From NCBI GenBank assembly GCA_017546265.1, contig JAFYXG010000012.1, positions 146,359 through 210,358 on the forward strand: 64,000 nucleotides of DNA, read 5' to 3'. Position 1 is the stretch's first letter. Each line of letters opens with the position of its first letter. A program made the translations under genes and the position numbers. This stretch comes from Alphaproteobacteria bacterium (GTDB lineage: Bacteria; Pseudomonadota; Alphaproteobacteria; Rs-D84). This document shows positions 19,131 to 29,418 of this stretch, piece by piece. The notes under the pieces are model-generated. The model saw only the letters and a program-made list of their open reading frames with translations, had not been told where the DNA came from and ran no database searches.

Positions 19131-20031
19131 ATGATTGTTTATTCAAATATGCAATTGCGTCCATGCCTGCGGTACAGCCTGTGCCAACGGCTGTTGCAAT
19201 TTGCATCTTGATATCGCTGTGGACATCGCCCGCAACAAAAATGCCGGCGGGCAGGGCTGATGGTGCCAAACGTCCCAACTGGTCACGTTTAATGTCTTCG
19301 CATAGATAGTCTGTGTTTGCCTCGTGCCCGATGGCAACAAATACACCGTCAACAGTCATTTCTGTGCCGTCTGTTGTTGTGACAATCAGTTCGCCGTCCG
19401 CAGAATCAGGCTTTTCTGCGATTTTTACCAAATCTGTGTTAAACAGGCATTCGATATTGTCACGTTCTGCAACACGTTGACGCAAGATATCTTCGGCACG
19501 GGTGAATTCTGATTTGCGGTATACGATTTTTACCGTCTTGGCCAAATCCGCCAAATACAGGGCATCGTTTAATGCACTGTTGCCGCCGCCCAATACAATT
19601 ACCGTTTTGCCACTGTAGAAAAATCCATCACATGTTGCACAATATGATACACCACGACCCATCAATTCGCGGGCACCAGCAATTTCCAATTTGCGGGGTG
19701 ATGCACCCGTTGCAATAATTACACTTTTTCCAGTATATTCAGAACCATTGTCGCACTTTATGACAAAGCCGTTTACGGAATCGCCACAAACGTTGGTCGC
19801 AGATGTAAATTCAACAGTCGCACCAAAGGTTTCACACTGGTTCTTCATAAACAACGCCAAGTCATAACCACTGCCAGACCAACCTGGATAGTTTTCCAAT
19901 ACAGCGATGCCCGCCATCTGACCACCCAAACGATCGCCACCCAATACCAATGTTTTCTTGTTCGCACGGGCCGCATATAATGCAGCAGTTAACCCCGCAG
20001 GCCCTGAACCCAATATAATAATATCATACAT
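19129..20031 (-). CDS. trxB: Thioredoxin reductase
   Basis: GSGPAG FAD motif, redox CATCDG, GGGNSA NADPH motif; 300 aa. Confidence 0.9.
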   Translation of the reverse strand: MYDIIILGSGPAGLTAALYAARANKKTLVLGGDRLGGQMAGIAVLENYPGWSGSGYDLALFMKNQCETFGATVEFTSATNVCGDSVNGFVIKCDNGSEYTGKSVIIATGASPRKLEIAGARELMGRGVSYCATCDGFFYSGKTVIVLGGGNSALNDALYLADLAKTVKIVYRKSEFTRAEDILRQRVAERDNIECLFNTDLVKIAEKPDSADGELIVTTTDGTEMTVDGVFVAIGHEANTDYLCEDIKRDQLGRLAPSALPAGIFVAGDVHSDIKMQIATAVGTGCTAGMDAIAYLNKQS

Positions 20032-20285
20032 TATTTTTTACCTTTCCCTGTTTACGTGGCACAGCATAACATATGCCACGATATTTATGCAAATGAAATA
20101 ATTCAATATAAACATGTTGCACATGGGGTGAATTAAAGTTATAATAATGACTGTTATGATTATGAATTTCCTGTTTTTTGGTTCGTGTTCATCCCCGTTG
20201 GGGGAGTAGTTTATTGTGTATTTTTCTTTACAAAAAACAAACCGTATATACAGTATATTCCAATAAGTAAAAAGAGGTTGATATT

Positions 20286-21563
20286 ATGTTGGATATGAAA
20301 TTTATTCGTGAAAACCCGCAAATCGTAAAAAAGGCATGCGAATTAAAAAGAATGCCTGATTGTGTTGATGAAATACTGGCGTTGGACGTGCGTGTGCGTG
20401 AATTGAAAACAATAACTCAGGCAAAAACTGCGGAAAAAAATAAAATTACACGTGAAATACCAGCCGCTGTGGATAAAGCTGTGCTGATTGCACGCAGTAA
20501 AGAAATCGGGGCGGAAATTGCAAATGATTTAGCAGAATTGGCAGTGGGGGAAGAAAAACTGGCCGATTTGTTGCGGCGAGTACCGCAAATTCCAGCGGCA
20601 GATGCCCCCGTTGGCAAAGATGATACTGAAAATGTAGAAGTAAGACGGGTTGGTATGCCGCGTTCATTTGAATTTACACCACGGGCACAGTGGGATTTGC
20701 TGGAAATGAACGGATGGTGGAGACCTGAAAAAATTGCAGGTATTTGTGGAACTCGTACCTATGCCCTGTTTGGTGAGGCAGCAGAACTGGAACTGGCCAT
20801 TCAGACGTATGTTATGCAGAAACTGATTGCCAAAGGATTTACATTTGTAAATTGTCCATCTATTACAAAACCACAGACTATTTTTAATGCTGGGCACTTT
20901 ATGGGGGCGGATTTGTCAGTGATGAATAATGATGTGTTTATGCTGACCGATACAGACCGCTGTTTGGCAGGAACAGCGGAAATTGTGCTGAATTCGTTGC
21001 ATGCGGATGAAGTTTTAAACGAAAAAGATTTGCCAATTAAATATGCAGGCTATTCACCGTGTTTCAGAAAAGAGGCTGGTGCCGCAGGACGTGATACCCG
21101 TGGAATCGTGCGTATACATCAATTTAACAAGGTGGAACAATATGTGTTCTGTACACCAGAACAGTCCGATGAAATGCACGAACATTTGTTGAATAATTTG
21201 TGCGAGGTTATGGAAGATTTGGAATTGCCATATCGGGTGATTGCGGCGTGTACAGGTGATATGGGATTTAACAAGGTTAAAATGCATGATGTCGAGGCAT
21301 GGTTCCCCAGTGAAAATACATATCGTGAATTGGGATCGTGTTCGTCAATTGGACAATTCCAGGCACGCAGAACCAATACTCGTTATAGGGCAGCAGATGG
21401 TTCAATGCAGTTCTGTGCGACACTGAATAATACTGGTATTGCTTTGCCACGTGCAATTGTGCCCGTGATTGAAAATCATCAGAATCCAGATGGTTCAGTC
21501 AATATTCCAAAAAAATTACAACCACTGATGGGGGGACGTACAAAAATTGGTGGAAAACATTAA
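20286..21563 (+). CDS. serS: Seryl-tRNA synthetase
   Basis: N-terminal coiled-coil arm, class II motifs (FRKEAGAAGRDTRGI.RIHQF), 425 aa. Confidence 0.95.
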   Translation: MLDMKFIRENPQIVKKACELKRMPDCVDEILALDVRVRELKTITQAKTAEKNKITREIPAAVDKAVLIARSKEIGAEIANDLAELAVGEEKLADLLRRVPQIPAADAPVGKDDTENVEVRRVGMPRSFEFTPRAQWDLLEMNGWWRPEKIAGICGTRTYALFGEAAELELAIQTYVMQKLIAKGFTFVNCPSITKPQTIFNAGHFMGADLSVMNNDVFMLTDTDRCLAGTAEIVLNSLHADEVLNEKDLPIKYAGYSPCFRKEAGAAGRDTRGIVRIHQFNKVEQYVFCTPEQSDEMHEHLLNNLCEVMEDLELPYRVIAACTGDMGFNKVKMHDVEAWFPSENTYRELGSCSSIGQFQARRTNTRYRAADGSMQFCATLNNTGIALPRAIVPVIENHQNPDGSVNIPKKLQPLMGGRTKIGGKH

Positions 21564-21573
21564 ATAAAATGAA

Positions 21574-21604
21574 GTAAAACGCCCAAATCGGGCGTTTTTT
21601 GTTT
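21574..21604. terminator. Bidirectional terminator (aaacgcccaaatcgggcgttt + T-run)
   Basis: Hairpin between serS(+) and the J-domain gene(-). Confidence 0.65.
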
Positions 21605-21606
21605 GG

Positions 21607-22110
21607 TTATTTCTGGCCAAAGTGTTTCTTTAATATGTCGTATGCAGCGGAAATCCGAGCAAATTCAGCGGCCGCATTCTTTTTGTCTGTGGCAGTGTCA
21701 GGGTGGTGCTTTTTCGCCAATGCACGATATTTTATACCAACATCACGCCATGATGCGCTGACGCTCAAATCAAATACACGCAGGGCAGATGTCACGTTGG
21801 TTGGTAATTTTGATGGCTGGGGCATCTTGTCAAACTGGCTGCGGCCAGTTAAAAATTCGTTTATGAATTTGGCATAATCTGCCCCAGATGTTTTTTGGCT
21901 TTTCACAGATTTAAGTGGTGAACCAAATACAGAGGTTTCCCAGTCTTCTTCGATTTCTTCGTCTGTCATGCCGGCATAGTAATTCCAATTTTTGTTGTAT
22001 TCGGCGGCATGTTCTGTACAGAACATCCAGTATTCTTTTAATGTTCGGTCCTTGGGGGCACGGCATGTACCAGCCTTGGTGCAGCCAGGGTGATCGCATT
22101 TTCGTATCAT
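21607..22110 (-). CDS. Small J-domain protein (C-terminal DnaJ domain, N-terminal Cys-rich region)
   Basis: YRALAKKHHPD (HPD motif) at the C-terminus; 167 aa. Confidence 0.65.
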   Translation of the reverse strand: MIRKCDHPGCTKAGTCRAPKDRTLKEYWMFCTEHAAEYNKNWNYYAGMTDEEIEEDWETSVFGSPLKSVKSQKTSGADYAKFINEFLTGRSQFDKMPQPSKLPTNVTSALRVFDLSVSASWRDVGIKYRALAKKHHPDTATDKKNAAAEFARISAAYDILKKHFGQK

Positions 22111-22970
22111 TTGTTAGTATCCTTGGAGGTTGCAAGTGGGTGATGTGATACCGTTTCAAGTAATCTTTCTGGCATCACGTGAGTGTATATTTGGGTCGTA
22201 GAAATATCTTCGTGACCCAGCATGGTTTGTATCGCACGCAGGTTCGCACCGCCCGCCAAAAGGTGGGATGCAAACGAATGACGCAGTACATGAGGACTGA
22301 CCCGGTCAGGAGATATGCCAGATAAAATAGCACACTTTTTTAGTATCTTGAAAAATCCATCGCGGGTTATATGACCTGTTTGGCTGTTTGATGGAAATAC
22401 GTATTTAGATGTTTCGTTGTCCCGTATGGACAGCCATTTGTTTAATGCTGTGATTGCTGTGTCGTGCATTGGAACTAAACGTTCTTTGGCACCTTTGCCG
22501 TGTATCAGTAATTTGTTGCCCAAAACACCAGTCATGGGTAATTCACACAATTCCGATACACGCAGGCCCGATGCGTACAGTAATTCTATCATCGCACGCA
22601 GACGGGTTGAATTGCGGGTGTCGCCAGCACTGGATATCAATAGTTCTATTTCTTGTACCGATAAGAACTTTGGCAGCGGGCGATTGCGTTTCGGTAATTC
22701 CAGATTCGTTGTGGGATTTGATGATATCATCTTTTCCAACATTAAAAATTTATAAAAGCCACGCAGGGCAGATGCCTTGCGAGAAATAGATGATGGTTTG
22801 TCAGGCAGGCCAGATAAATAGGTCTGAAGTGCGTGTGTGTCCGCATTCAGTAAACCGCCCGGTATGGCAGCATCCGCCAATCTAAGGTCCGATTCATAGC
22901 TCGCCAAGGTTTTTTCGCTGCGACCACGTTCGGCAGATAAGGCTTCTAGAAAGATGTCTATGTGTTTCAT
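22107..22970 (-). CDS. xerD: Tyrosine recombinase XerD (chromosome dimer resolution)
   Basis: FLEALSAERGRSEKTLASYESDLRL N-terminus typical of alphaproteobacterial XerD; R..HxxR..Y catalytic residues in the C-terminal half. Confidence 0.75.
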   Translation of the reverse strand: MKHIDIFLEALSAERGRSEKTLASYESDLRLADAAIPGGLLNADTHALQTYLSGLPDKPSSISRKASALRGFYKFLMLEKMISSNPTTNLELPKRNRPLPKFLSVQEIELLISSAGDTRNSTRLRAMIELLYASGLRVSELCELPMTGVLGNKLLIHGKGAKERLVPMHDTAITALNKWLSIRDNETSKYVFPSNSQTGHITRDGFFKILKKCAILSGISPDRVSPHVLRHSFASHLLAGGANLRAIQTMLGHEDISTTQIYTHVMPERLLETVSHHPLATSKDTNK

Positions 22971-23121
22971 GGATATACTATAATTTCTGTCATGTGAACG
23001 GGGGTGGAAAAGGATGTTATCATCAGTATAACTAGAACTGCAATCAGCAGCCAGATTAAAACTTTTAACATCTTATGATTTGTTTTCTTTTTCTTTGGCA
23101 TTGTGATAATCCCCCCAGAGT

Positions 23122-24210
23122 TTAGATTGTGTCAAAACTGGTTATAAATATGCCGGATGCTGCAATGATAATCAGTGGAGGGGCAATGATGGATAATACA
23201 GGGGGTAGTGTCCCCGTGGACCCCAGGGCATTAAACATATTTATCAGAAAATATACCGCAAAGCAGGTTATTATACCCAGGCTGAACTTTATACCAAAAC
23301 TGTAATTGCGGCGTTGCTTGGTCTGGGAAAAAGCAATCCCCAGTGTGGCCATGGCAATCATGGTCAATGGTAAAAACAGCAATGTCCACAGTTGTACACG
23401 ATGACCGCGAACGGGTGCACCAATAGATTCCATGCGATGAATAAAATCTGGTAACTGCCAAAATGAAATTTGGTCCGGTTGCAGATAGCGGTCTAATACT
23501 GTTTGGGTGGTTAATAATGTCGGGTTTTCCCATGTGCCAGTTGTGGTGGTACCATCTGCGTGCCATATCGTTGCGTTGTTTGCAGACAGGCCTGTGTCAG
23601 ACAAGGTGATGGTGTCCGCATTTATACGGTTGGTCAATTTGAACGATGGGTCCTGGGTATAGACGGTCGCAGTTTCAAAAATCAGGATTTCGCCCGCCTT
23701 GTGCATGTTTTGGGCATGCAGAGTGATATAACCACTTTCTGATTCTTCACGCAGCCATATTTGGTTGTCAATCAGTTGAAGATGGTCGGGGGTGATGTTG
23801 TCTGAACTGATCCTTACCGAATAGGGGTTTATAACAGTCGTTGCAAAGACACCAATCAAAAACGAACCAACCAAAAATGGACGGCTGGATTGATAGGGGG
23901 ATAAACCAGCACTGGATACAATAATACTTTCACTGGATTTAGTCAGATTGTATGCGGTAAACAGTGTACCCATAAATACCGCCAACGGTAAAAACATTGG
24001 TACATATTCCAACAGACGTACCCATGAATCGTACAGAGCCGCCATCGCAGTCGGATTGGATGGTAGACGTTCTACGAATGTCACCGCCAATATAATTCCA
24101 CATACGACCAACATAACAAGACCAACGCCAGAAAAAAATCGGCGAAGTAAAAATTTGGTTAAGATATTTGTCCTGAACATATTATGTATACTATACATTG
24201 TTAATTTCAT
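23122..24210 (-). CDS. LPS export ABC transporter permease (LptF/LptG family, YjgP/YjgQ)
   Basis: 362 aa, N-terminal TM bundle plus periplasmic beta-jellyroll region, C-terminal TMs. Confidence 0.7.
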   Translation of the reverse strand: MKLTMYSIHNMFRTNILTKFLLRRFFSGVGLVMLVVCGIILAVTFVERLPSNPTAMAALYDSWVRLLEYVPMFLPLAVFMGTLFTAYNLTKSSESIIVSSAGLSPYQSSRPFLVGSFLIGVFATTVINPYSVRISSDNITPDHLQLIDNQIWLREESESGYITLHAQNMHKAGEILIFETATVYTQDPSFKLTNRINADTITLSDTGLSANNATIWHADGTTTTGTWENPTLLTTQTVLDRYLQPDQISFWQLPDFIHRMESIGAPVRGHRVQLWTLLFLPLTMIAMATLGIAFSQTKQRRNYSFGIKFSLGIITCFAVYFLINMFNALGSTGTLPPVLSIIAPPLIIIAASGIFITSFDTI

Positions 24211-24271
24211 AATTGCAAAATTAAAATGAATGCGTATAATTTGCCCATTATAATAACAGCAGGATAATGAT

Positions 24272-24742
24272 ATGGAAAAAAAGCCAATTTCACGTGCAGG
24301 ATTTGAAAATCTGCAAAAAGAACTGAGAGATTTACAGGAAAATCAAAGACCAGAAATATTAAAAACTGTCCAATGGGCCAGATCACTGGGGGATTTGTCG
24401 GAAAATGCTGATTACAGTGCTGCCAAAGAACAACAACGTAAAATAGATAACAGAATCAGATTTATAGAAGACTTGATTCAAAATGCAAATGTTATAGATG
24501 TGGACAGTTTGACAGGGGACAGGGTTGTTTTTGGTGCACGTGTTATTGCAGAAGATGAAGATGGTAATAAGATGCAATGCAGGATTCTGTCTGATGTCGA
24601 ATCTGATGGACGGACGGTTATTTCATGTACTTCGCCAGTTGGAAGGGCGATGATTGGTAAATGTGTTGGAGATACGTGTATCGTTCGGTTGCCAGGGGGC
24701 GAAAAAGAATATGAAATTTTGGAAGTAAAATTCAAAGAATAG
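24272..24742 (+). CDS. greA: Transcription elongation factor GreA
   Basis: Coiled-coil N-terminus with acidic tip (DLSENADY), FKBP-like C-terminus; 156 aa. Confidence 0.9.
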   Translation: MEKKPISRAGFENLQKELRDLQENQRPEILKTVQWARSLGDLSENADYSAAKEQQRKIDNRIRFIEDLIQNANVIDVDSLTGDRVVFGARVIAEDEDGNKMQCRILSDVESDGRTVISCTSPVGRAMIGKCVGDTCIVRLPGGEKEYEILEVKFKE

Positions 24743-24752
24743 GAAAAATATC

Positions 24753-26525
24753 ATGTCTGTACGCGTGCTGCCGGATTTCCTGATTAACCAAATTGCCGCA
24801 GGTGAGGTGGTAGAACGACCCGCCAGTGTGGTTAAAGAATTGGTGGAAAATGCGCTGGATGCGGGGGCTGACCAAATTATGATAGATGTTGTAGATGGTG
24901 GACGTACAATGATTGCTATCATTGACAACGGATCAGGTATGAGTCGTGATGATTTATGTCGTGCAATTACACGTCATGCAACTTCAAAGTTGCCTGATGA
25001 TGATTTGTTAAATATAAACTTTATGGGGTTTCGTGGCGAAGCGTTGCCGTCAATTGCATCTGTGTCTGATATGACAATAGATACGTGTAATGGAATCGAT
25101 GAAAACGGGTGGCAAATAGATGCGACAACGGGCGTTGTGCGACCGTCTGATTGGGAATCTGGTACCAGAATTCGTGTCCAAAATCTGTTCGCAAAAACAC
25201 CAGCACGGTTAAAGTTTCTGCGTGGCGACAGGGCCGAAATGATGTCTGTGTTAGAGGTTGTAAAGCGGTTGGCAATGGCACGGGCAGATGTTGGATTTTC
25301 ACTGAATAATAAATGGCGGTTTCCAAAAAATCAGAATTTGCTGGACAGAATTGTCGCAGTTATGGGGGATGATGTTCATGGACGTATGTTGGAAATAGAT
25401 GTAACTTCAAACAGTTCTAATATGAAATTGACAGGGGTTATATCGGAACCAACATTGCGGCGGGCATCCAGTATAGATCAGTTTCTGTTTGTAAATGGGC
25501 GACCAGTTAAGGATAAGGTGTTGGTTGGTGCGTTGCGAGCTGCGTATATGGATGTTATGCATGCACGGGAATTCCCGCTGTGTGCGTTATATCTGACTTT
25601 GCCAACAAATGCGGTGGATGTTAATGTGTCTCCTGCTAAGACCGAAGTGCATTTTTTAGAACCTAATCATGTGCGATCTTTTATTATCAAGGCTTTGCGG
25701 GACAGGTTGTCGCAGACAATGATGACACAGCCACATGTTGGTAGCCTGGCAATAAATAGTCGGGGGATAAATAGTGTGTCGCCTGTGCATAACCACAGCG
25801 GTTCAACATTTCGTATGGAAAACAGATCAGCACCTGTTAAGTTTGATTTTGGTGTAAAAAGTGATTTACAGACTGTGCGTGATGTTTTGTTTCCTTTTAT
25901 GCCTGAACATCGTGCAGAATCAAACGAAAGCCCCGTTCTGGACAGTACAATTGTTGTGGATTTGCCATTGGGACGTGTCGTAGGGCAGGTGGGAAATAAA
26001 TATATTATTGCACAAAAAGACGATAATATGGTCGTAATTGACCAGCATGCTGCACATGAACGTATTACATATGAAAAACTTAGAAATAACAAAATAAAAA
26101 CTCAGCCATTGTTGACGCCGATTGTTGTAAACCTGCGAGAAGAAGATGTCAGTGCAATTATGTCAATCGCAGATGAAATGAAACAGTCTGGATTGGTGCT
26201 GGACGCGTTTGGTGAAAAGGCAATTGCAATTTTTGAAAAGCCTGCAGATTGGGATTTGGACTGGGAAAGTGTATTGAAGTCAGTTGCAGATGAAGTACGT
26301 GTCAATGGACACTCGGCCCAGTTGGGGGAAAAATTGCATCTGAAACTGGCAAACTGGGCGTGCCATAATTCTGTGCGTGCAGGTCAGAAATTGGATATGA
26401 TGCAAATGGATGCTTTGTTGCGGGATATTGAAAATACAGAACGGGCCGGACAATGTAATCATGGTAGACCTGTTTATAAATTTATTCCAATGACGGAAAT
26501 AGATACTTGGTTCGAAAGATTGTAA
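24753..26525 (+). CDS. mutL: DNA mismatch repair protein MutL (endonuclease type)
   Basis: GHKL ATPase N-terminus (ELVENALDAGA), C-terminal DQHAAHERITYE metal-binding endonuclease motif. Confidence 0.9.
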   Translation: MSVRVLPDFLINQIAAGEVVERPASVVKELVENALDAGADQIMIDVVDGGRTMIAIIDNGSGMSRDDLCRAITRHATSKLPDDDLLNINFMGFRGEALPSIASVSDMTIDTCNGIDENGWQIDATTGVVRPSDWESGTRIRVQNLFAKTPARLKFLRGDRAEMMSVLEVVKRLAMARADVGFSLNNKWRFPKNQNLLDRIVAVMGDDVHGRMLEIDVTSNSSNMKLTGVISEPTLRRASSIDQFLFVNGRPVKDKVLVGALRAAYMDVMHAREFPLCALYLTLPTNAVDVNVSPAKTEVHFLEPNHVRSFIIKALRDRLSQTMMTQPHVGSLAINSRGINSVSPVHNHSGSTFRMENRSAPVKFDFGVKSDLQTVRDVLFPFMPEHRAESNESPVLDSTIVVDLPLGRVVGQVGNKYIIAQKDDNMVVIDQHAAHERITYEKLRNNKIKTQPLLTPIVVNLREEDVSAIMSIADEMKQSGLVLDAFGEKAIAIFEKPADWDLDWESVLKSVADEVRVNGHSAQLGEKLHLKLANWACHNSVRAGQKLDMMQMDALLRDIENTERAGQCNHGRPVYKFIPMTEIDTWFERL

Positions 26526-26597
26526 TTTGTTGTATTTCTGCTTTACTTTGTTGGGTTTATTTACTAATGTTTGGGTATTAAAGTAAGGAGAATTACT

Positions 26598-26909
26598 ATG
26601 GAACAGACGGCAGAAGTTGTTAATGTTGCCACACAAAATGTGCAGGCCGCCCCGCAAAATGGATTCTGGGGGTTGGTAATGTATTGTGCGGTGGTTTTTG
26701 GAATTATTTACCTGTTTATGGTGCGACCAAATAAAAAACGTATGGCGGAATATCAGAAAATGCTGGATTCTTTGCAGGTTGGTAATCGAGTTATGGCCGC
26801 AGGTATTTATGGAACTATTAAAAAAATCAACGAAAAATCATTAGAAGTAGAAATTGCAAAAGGCGTTGTTATCGAAGTTAATAAAAACGCAGTCGCAATT
26901 GCAGAGTAA
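26598..26909 (+). CDS. yajC: Preprotein translocase subunit YajC
   Basis: Single TM plus conserved YajC core; RBS aaggag; directly upstream of secDF. Confidence 0.85.
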   Translation: MEQTAEVVNVATQNVQAAPQNGFWGLVMYCAVVFGIIYLFMVRPNKKRMAEYQKMLDSLQVGNRVMAAGIYGTIKKINEKSLEVEIAKGVVIEVNKNAVAIAE

Positions 26910-26928
26910 TAAAGGAAAGGGTTAGGTT

Positions 26929-28491
26929 ATGTTTAAAAAACTGGCGATTGTATTTGTGTCGGTGTTCTGTGTGATGTTGTCTATTCCGACAATTGCACCA
27001 AGTTTGTCAAAGTATTTTCCATCGTGGATTGAACCTGTTCCATTGGGGCTGGACCTGAAAGGAGGGGCACAGTTGTTGTTAGAGGTTGATACCGCGACTA
27101 TGTTAAAGGAAAAGTCTGAACAGCTGTATGAAGAAACTCGTTCGGCGTTGATTGATAGAAACAAAGGGGTTATTCGTTTTTCTAATTTGCGTAATCATGA
27201 CGGTGTGGTGTCGCTGGTCGTTAGAAATGAGGACGAGGTGTCTGCTGCTAAGGGACGTTTGAAAAGTACTTTTGCAAATACAGTTGATATAACGTCTGAT
27301 GGTAAAACAATTGAACTGAAGTATTCTGATAAACAAAAAGAAGAAATGGTACAAGATGCACTGGCTCGCAGTATCGAAATTGTTCGCCGCCGTATTGACG
27401 CCTTGGGAACAAAAGACCCGTCTATTCAAAGTCAGGGGGGAAAGTATATCTTGATTCAGTTGCCAGGTGTTGATAATCCAGAACGTATCAAAGACTTGAT
27501 TGGGCAAACCGCAAAAATGACATTCCATTTGGTTAATGAATCTGTGTCAATGGAACAGTTACAATCAGGGCGTGCACCAAATGGTACTGAATTTATGCCT
27601 TATATGGATATGCCGGGACAGATGGTGCCAGTTTATACCAGGGTAGAGGTGTCAGGGGATTCGTTAAAGGATTCTCAGGCTGATTTTGACCAGAATAATA
27701 TGCCAGTTGTGACGACTGTGTTTGATGCAACAGGGGCTCGTAAATTTGCAAAACTGACAACAGAACACGTTAATGAACGGTTTGCGATTGTGCTGGACGG
27801 CAAGGTTTTATCCGCACCAACAATTCGTGAACCAATCCCAGGGGGACGTGGTCAGATTTCTGGGGGATTTTCATTACAGGGGGCCAAGGATTTGGCCGTA
27901 CTGCTGAGAAGCGGCGCGTTGCCCGCCCCATTGCAGGTTATCGAAGAACGTACCGTTGGTGCAGGACTGGGGGCAGATACGATTGAACAGGGTAAAGTTG
28001 GTGCAATTGCAGGTGTGATATTTATCTTTATATTCCTGTTTATGGTATATCGTGGCTTTGGTGTTATTGCAGGTATCGCGTTGATGGTTAACCTGGGAAT
28101 GATTGTTGGGGTGACCGCTTTGTTCGGGGCAACACTGACATTGCCGGGTATTGCAGGTATCGTGTTGACGTTGGGTATGGCGGTGGACGCAAATGTATTG
28201 CCGTTTGAACGTATCCGTGACGAAGTGCGTTCAGGCGTACCAACACTGCGTGCCGTGAATATGGGATTTGATCGTGCAATGAAAACCGTTTTGGATGGAA
28301 ACTTAACCACACTGATTTGTGCGTTGGTGTTGTTCCAGTTCGGTGCAGGACCAATTCGTGGATTTGCCGTAACACTGTCAATTGGTATCTTGACAACCTT
28401 GTTTACATGTGTGTGGCTGACCAGAACTTTGGTTGATTGGTATATGAACGGTAAAAACAAAAAAATTGGCTTTATCGGTGGTAAAAAATAA
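26929..28491 (+). CDS. secD: Protein translocase subunit SecD
   Basis: 520 aa, large periplasmic P1 domain, RND-like TMs. Confidence 0.9.
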   Translation: MFKKLAIVFVSVFCVMLSIPTIAPSLSKYFPSWIEPVPLGLDLKGGAQLLLEVDTATMLKEKSEQLYEETRSALIDRNKGVIRFSNLRNHDGVVSLVVRNEDEVSAAKGRLKSTFANTVDITSDGKTIELKYSDKQKEEMVQDALARSIEIVRRRIDALGTKDPSIQSQGGKYILIQLPGVDNPERIKDLIGQTAKMTFHLVNESVSMEQLQSGRAPNGTEFMPYMDMPGQMVPVYTRVEVSGDSLKDSQADFDQNNMPVVTTVFDATGARKFAKLTTEHVNERFAIVLDGKVLSAPTIREPIPGGRGQISGGFSLQGAKDLAVLLRSGALPAPLQVIEERTVGAGLGADTIEQGKVGAIAGVIFIFIFLFMVYRGFGVIAGIALMVNLGMIVGVTALFGATLTLPGIAGIVLTLGMAVDANVLPFERIRDEVRSGVPTLRAVNMGFDRAMKTVLDGNLTTLICALVLFQFGAGPIRGFAVTLSIGILTTLFTCVWLTRTLVDWYMNGKNKKIGFIGGKK

Positions 28492-28514
28492 GAATGCAAA
28501 AAGGGGTAAGGATT

Positions 28515-29381
28515 ATGAAACTGCATTTTATGAAATATCGTAAGTTGGCGTATATTATTTCGGGGGCTTTGATTTTGCTGTCGGTGGTGTCGCTGATGTT
28601 CCGTGGTTTGAATTATGGAATTGACTTTTCTGGTGGTATCTCGATGGAGGTAAAACCAGTCGTTGAAAATTATGGCGTGGAAGATATGCGTATCGCACTG
28701 CAAAACTTTAGCCCAGAATTACAAGAAGTTGATGGTAATGCAATTTTAATTCGTTTGGGACTGCCCAAGGGTGCAACTGATACAGAACAAAATGAACGGG
28801 TGGCACAGATTAAGGATATTCTGGGCGACAAAGTTCAGTATGAACAGGTGCAGGTTGTTGGACCAAAAATTGGGGGCGAATTGGTTCAGGGGGGTATCTT
28901 GGCCATACTGTTCGCGTTCGTTATGATGGCGATTTATGTTTGGATTCGATACAAAGGCGGGTATGCAATCGGGGCATTTTGCTCGTTGTTCCTGGACTTT
29001 GTGTTGATGTTTGGGTTCTTTTCAATCGTTGGGTTGGAATTTAATCAGACGGCAATTGCAGTTATTTTGACGGGTATTGGTTATTCCATTAACGATAAGA
29101 TTGTTAACTATGACAGAATTGACGAAAATGTGAAAAAATATCATAAGATGCCTATGACCGATTTGATTGACTTGTCGGTAAATGAAATGCTGCGGCGTAC
29201 CATGCTGACCAGTATTTCGACACTGTTGGCGATGATTGGATTGCTGATATTCGGTGGTCAGGTGTTGCGTGATTTCTCAATCGCTATGATTTTCAGTGTT
29301 ATCATGGGAACATTTACCAGTATTTATATATCTAATATGATACTGTATAATTTCAATCTGCGTGATACAGACGAAAAATAA
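28515..29381 (+). CDS. secF: Protein translocase subunit SecF
   Basis: Follows secD with RBS aagggg; SecF TM topology. Confidence 0.9.
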   Translation: MKLHFMKYRKLAYIISGALILLSVVSLMFRGLNYGIDFSGGISMEVKPVVENYGVEDMRIALQNFSPELQEVDGNAILIRLGLPKGATDTEQNERVAQIKDILGDKVQYEQVQVVGPKIGGELVQGGILAILFAFVMMAIYVWIRYKGGYAIGAFCSLFLDFVLMFGFFSIVGLEFNQTAIAVILTGIGYSINDKIVNYDRIDENVKKYHKMPMTDLIDLSVNEMLRRTMLTSISTLLAMIGLLIFGGQVLRDFSIAMIFSVIMGTFTSIYISNMILYNFNLRDTDEK

Positions 29382-29418
29382 TCAGGTCTATGCCGCAACC
29401 AAGGGGAGGGGTAAAACA

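Noticed and set aside
22107-22970. Tyrosine recombinase as a sign of an integrated mobile element or prophage
   Set aside because: The N-terminal sequence and the housekeeping neighbours (lptF/G, J-domain protein, serS) fit chromosomal XerD. There are no att-like duplications, tRNA or phage genes nearby.
27852-28703. 283-aa minus-strand ORF overlapping the secD/secF junction
   Set aside because: It is antisense to two conserved translocase genes and has no start context. Similar antisense artefacts occur at 33228-33881 (inside ftsK), 34452-34989 (inside the Q/A-rich tract), 42432-43208 (inside lnt) and 4140-4817 (inside ruvA).
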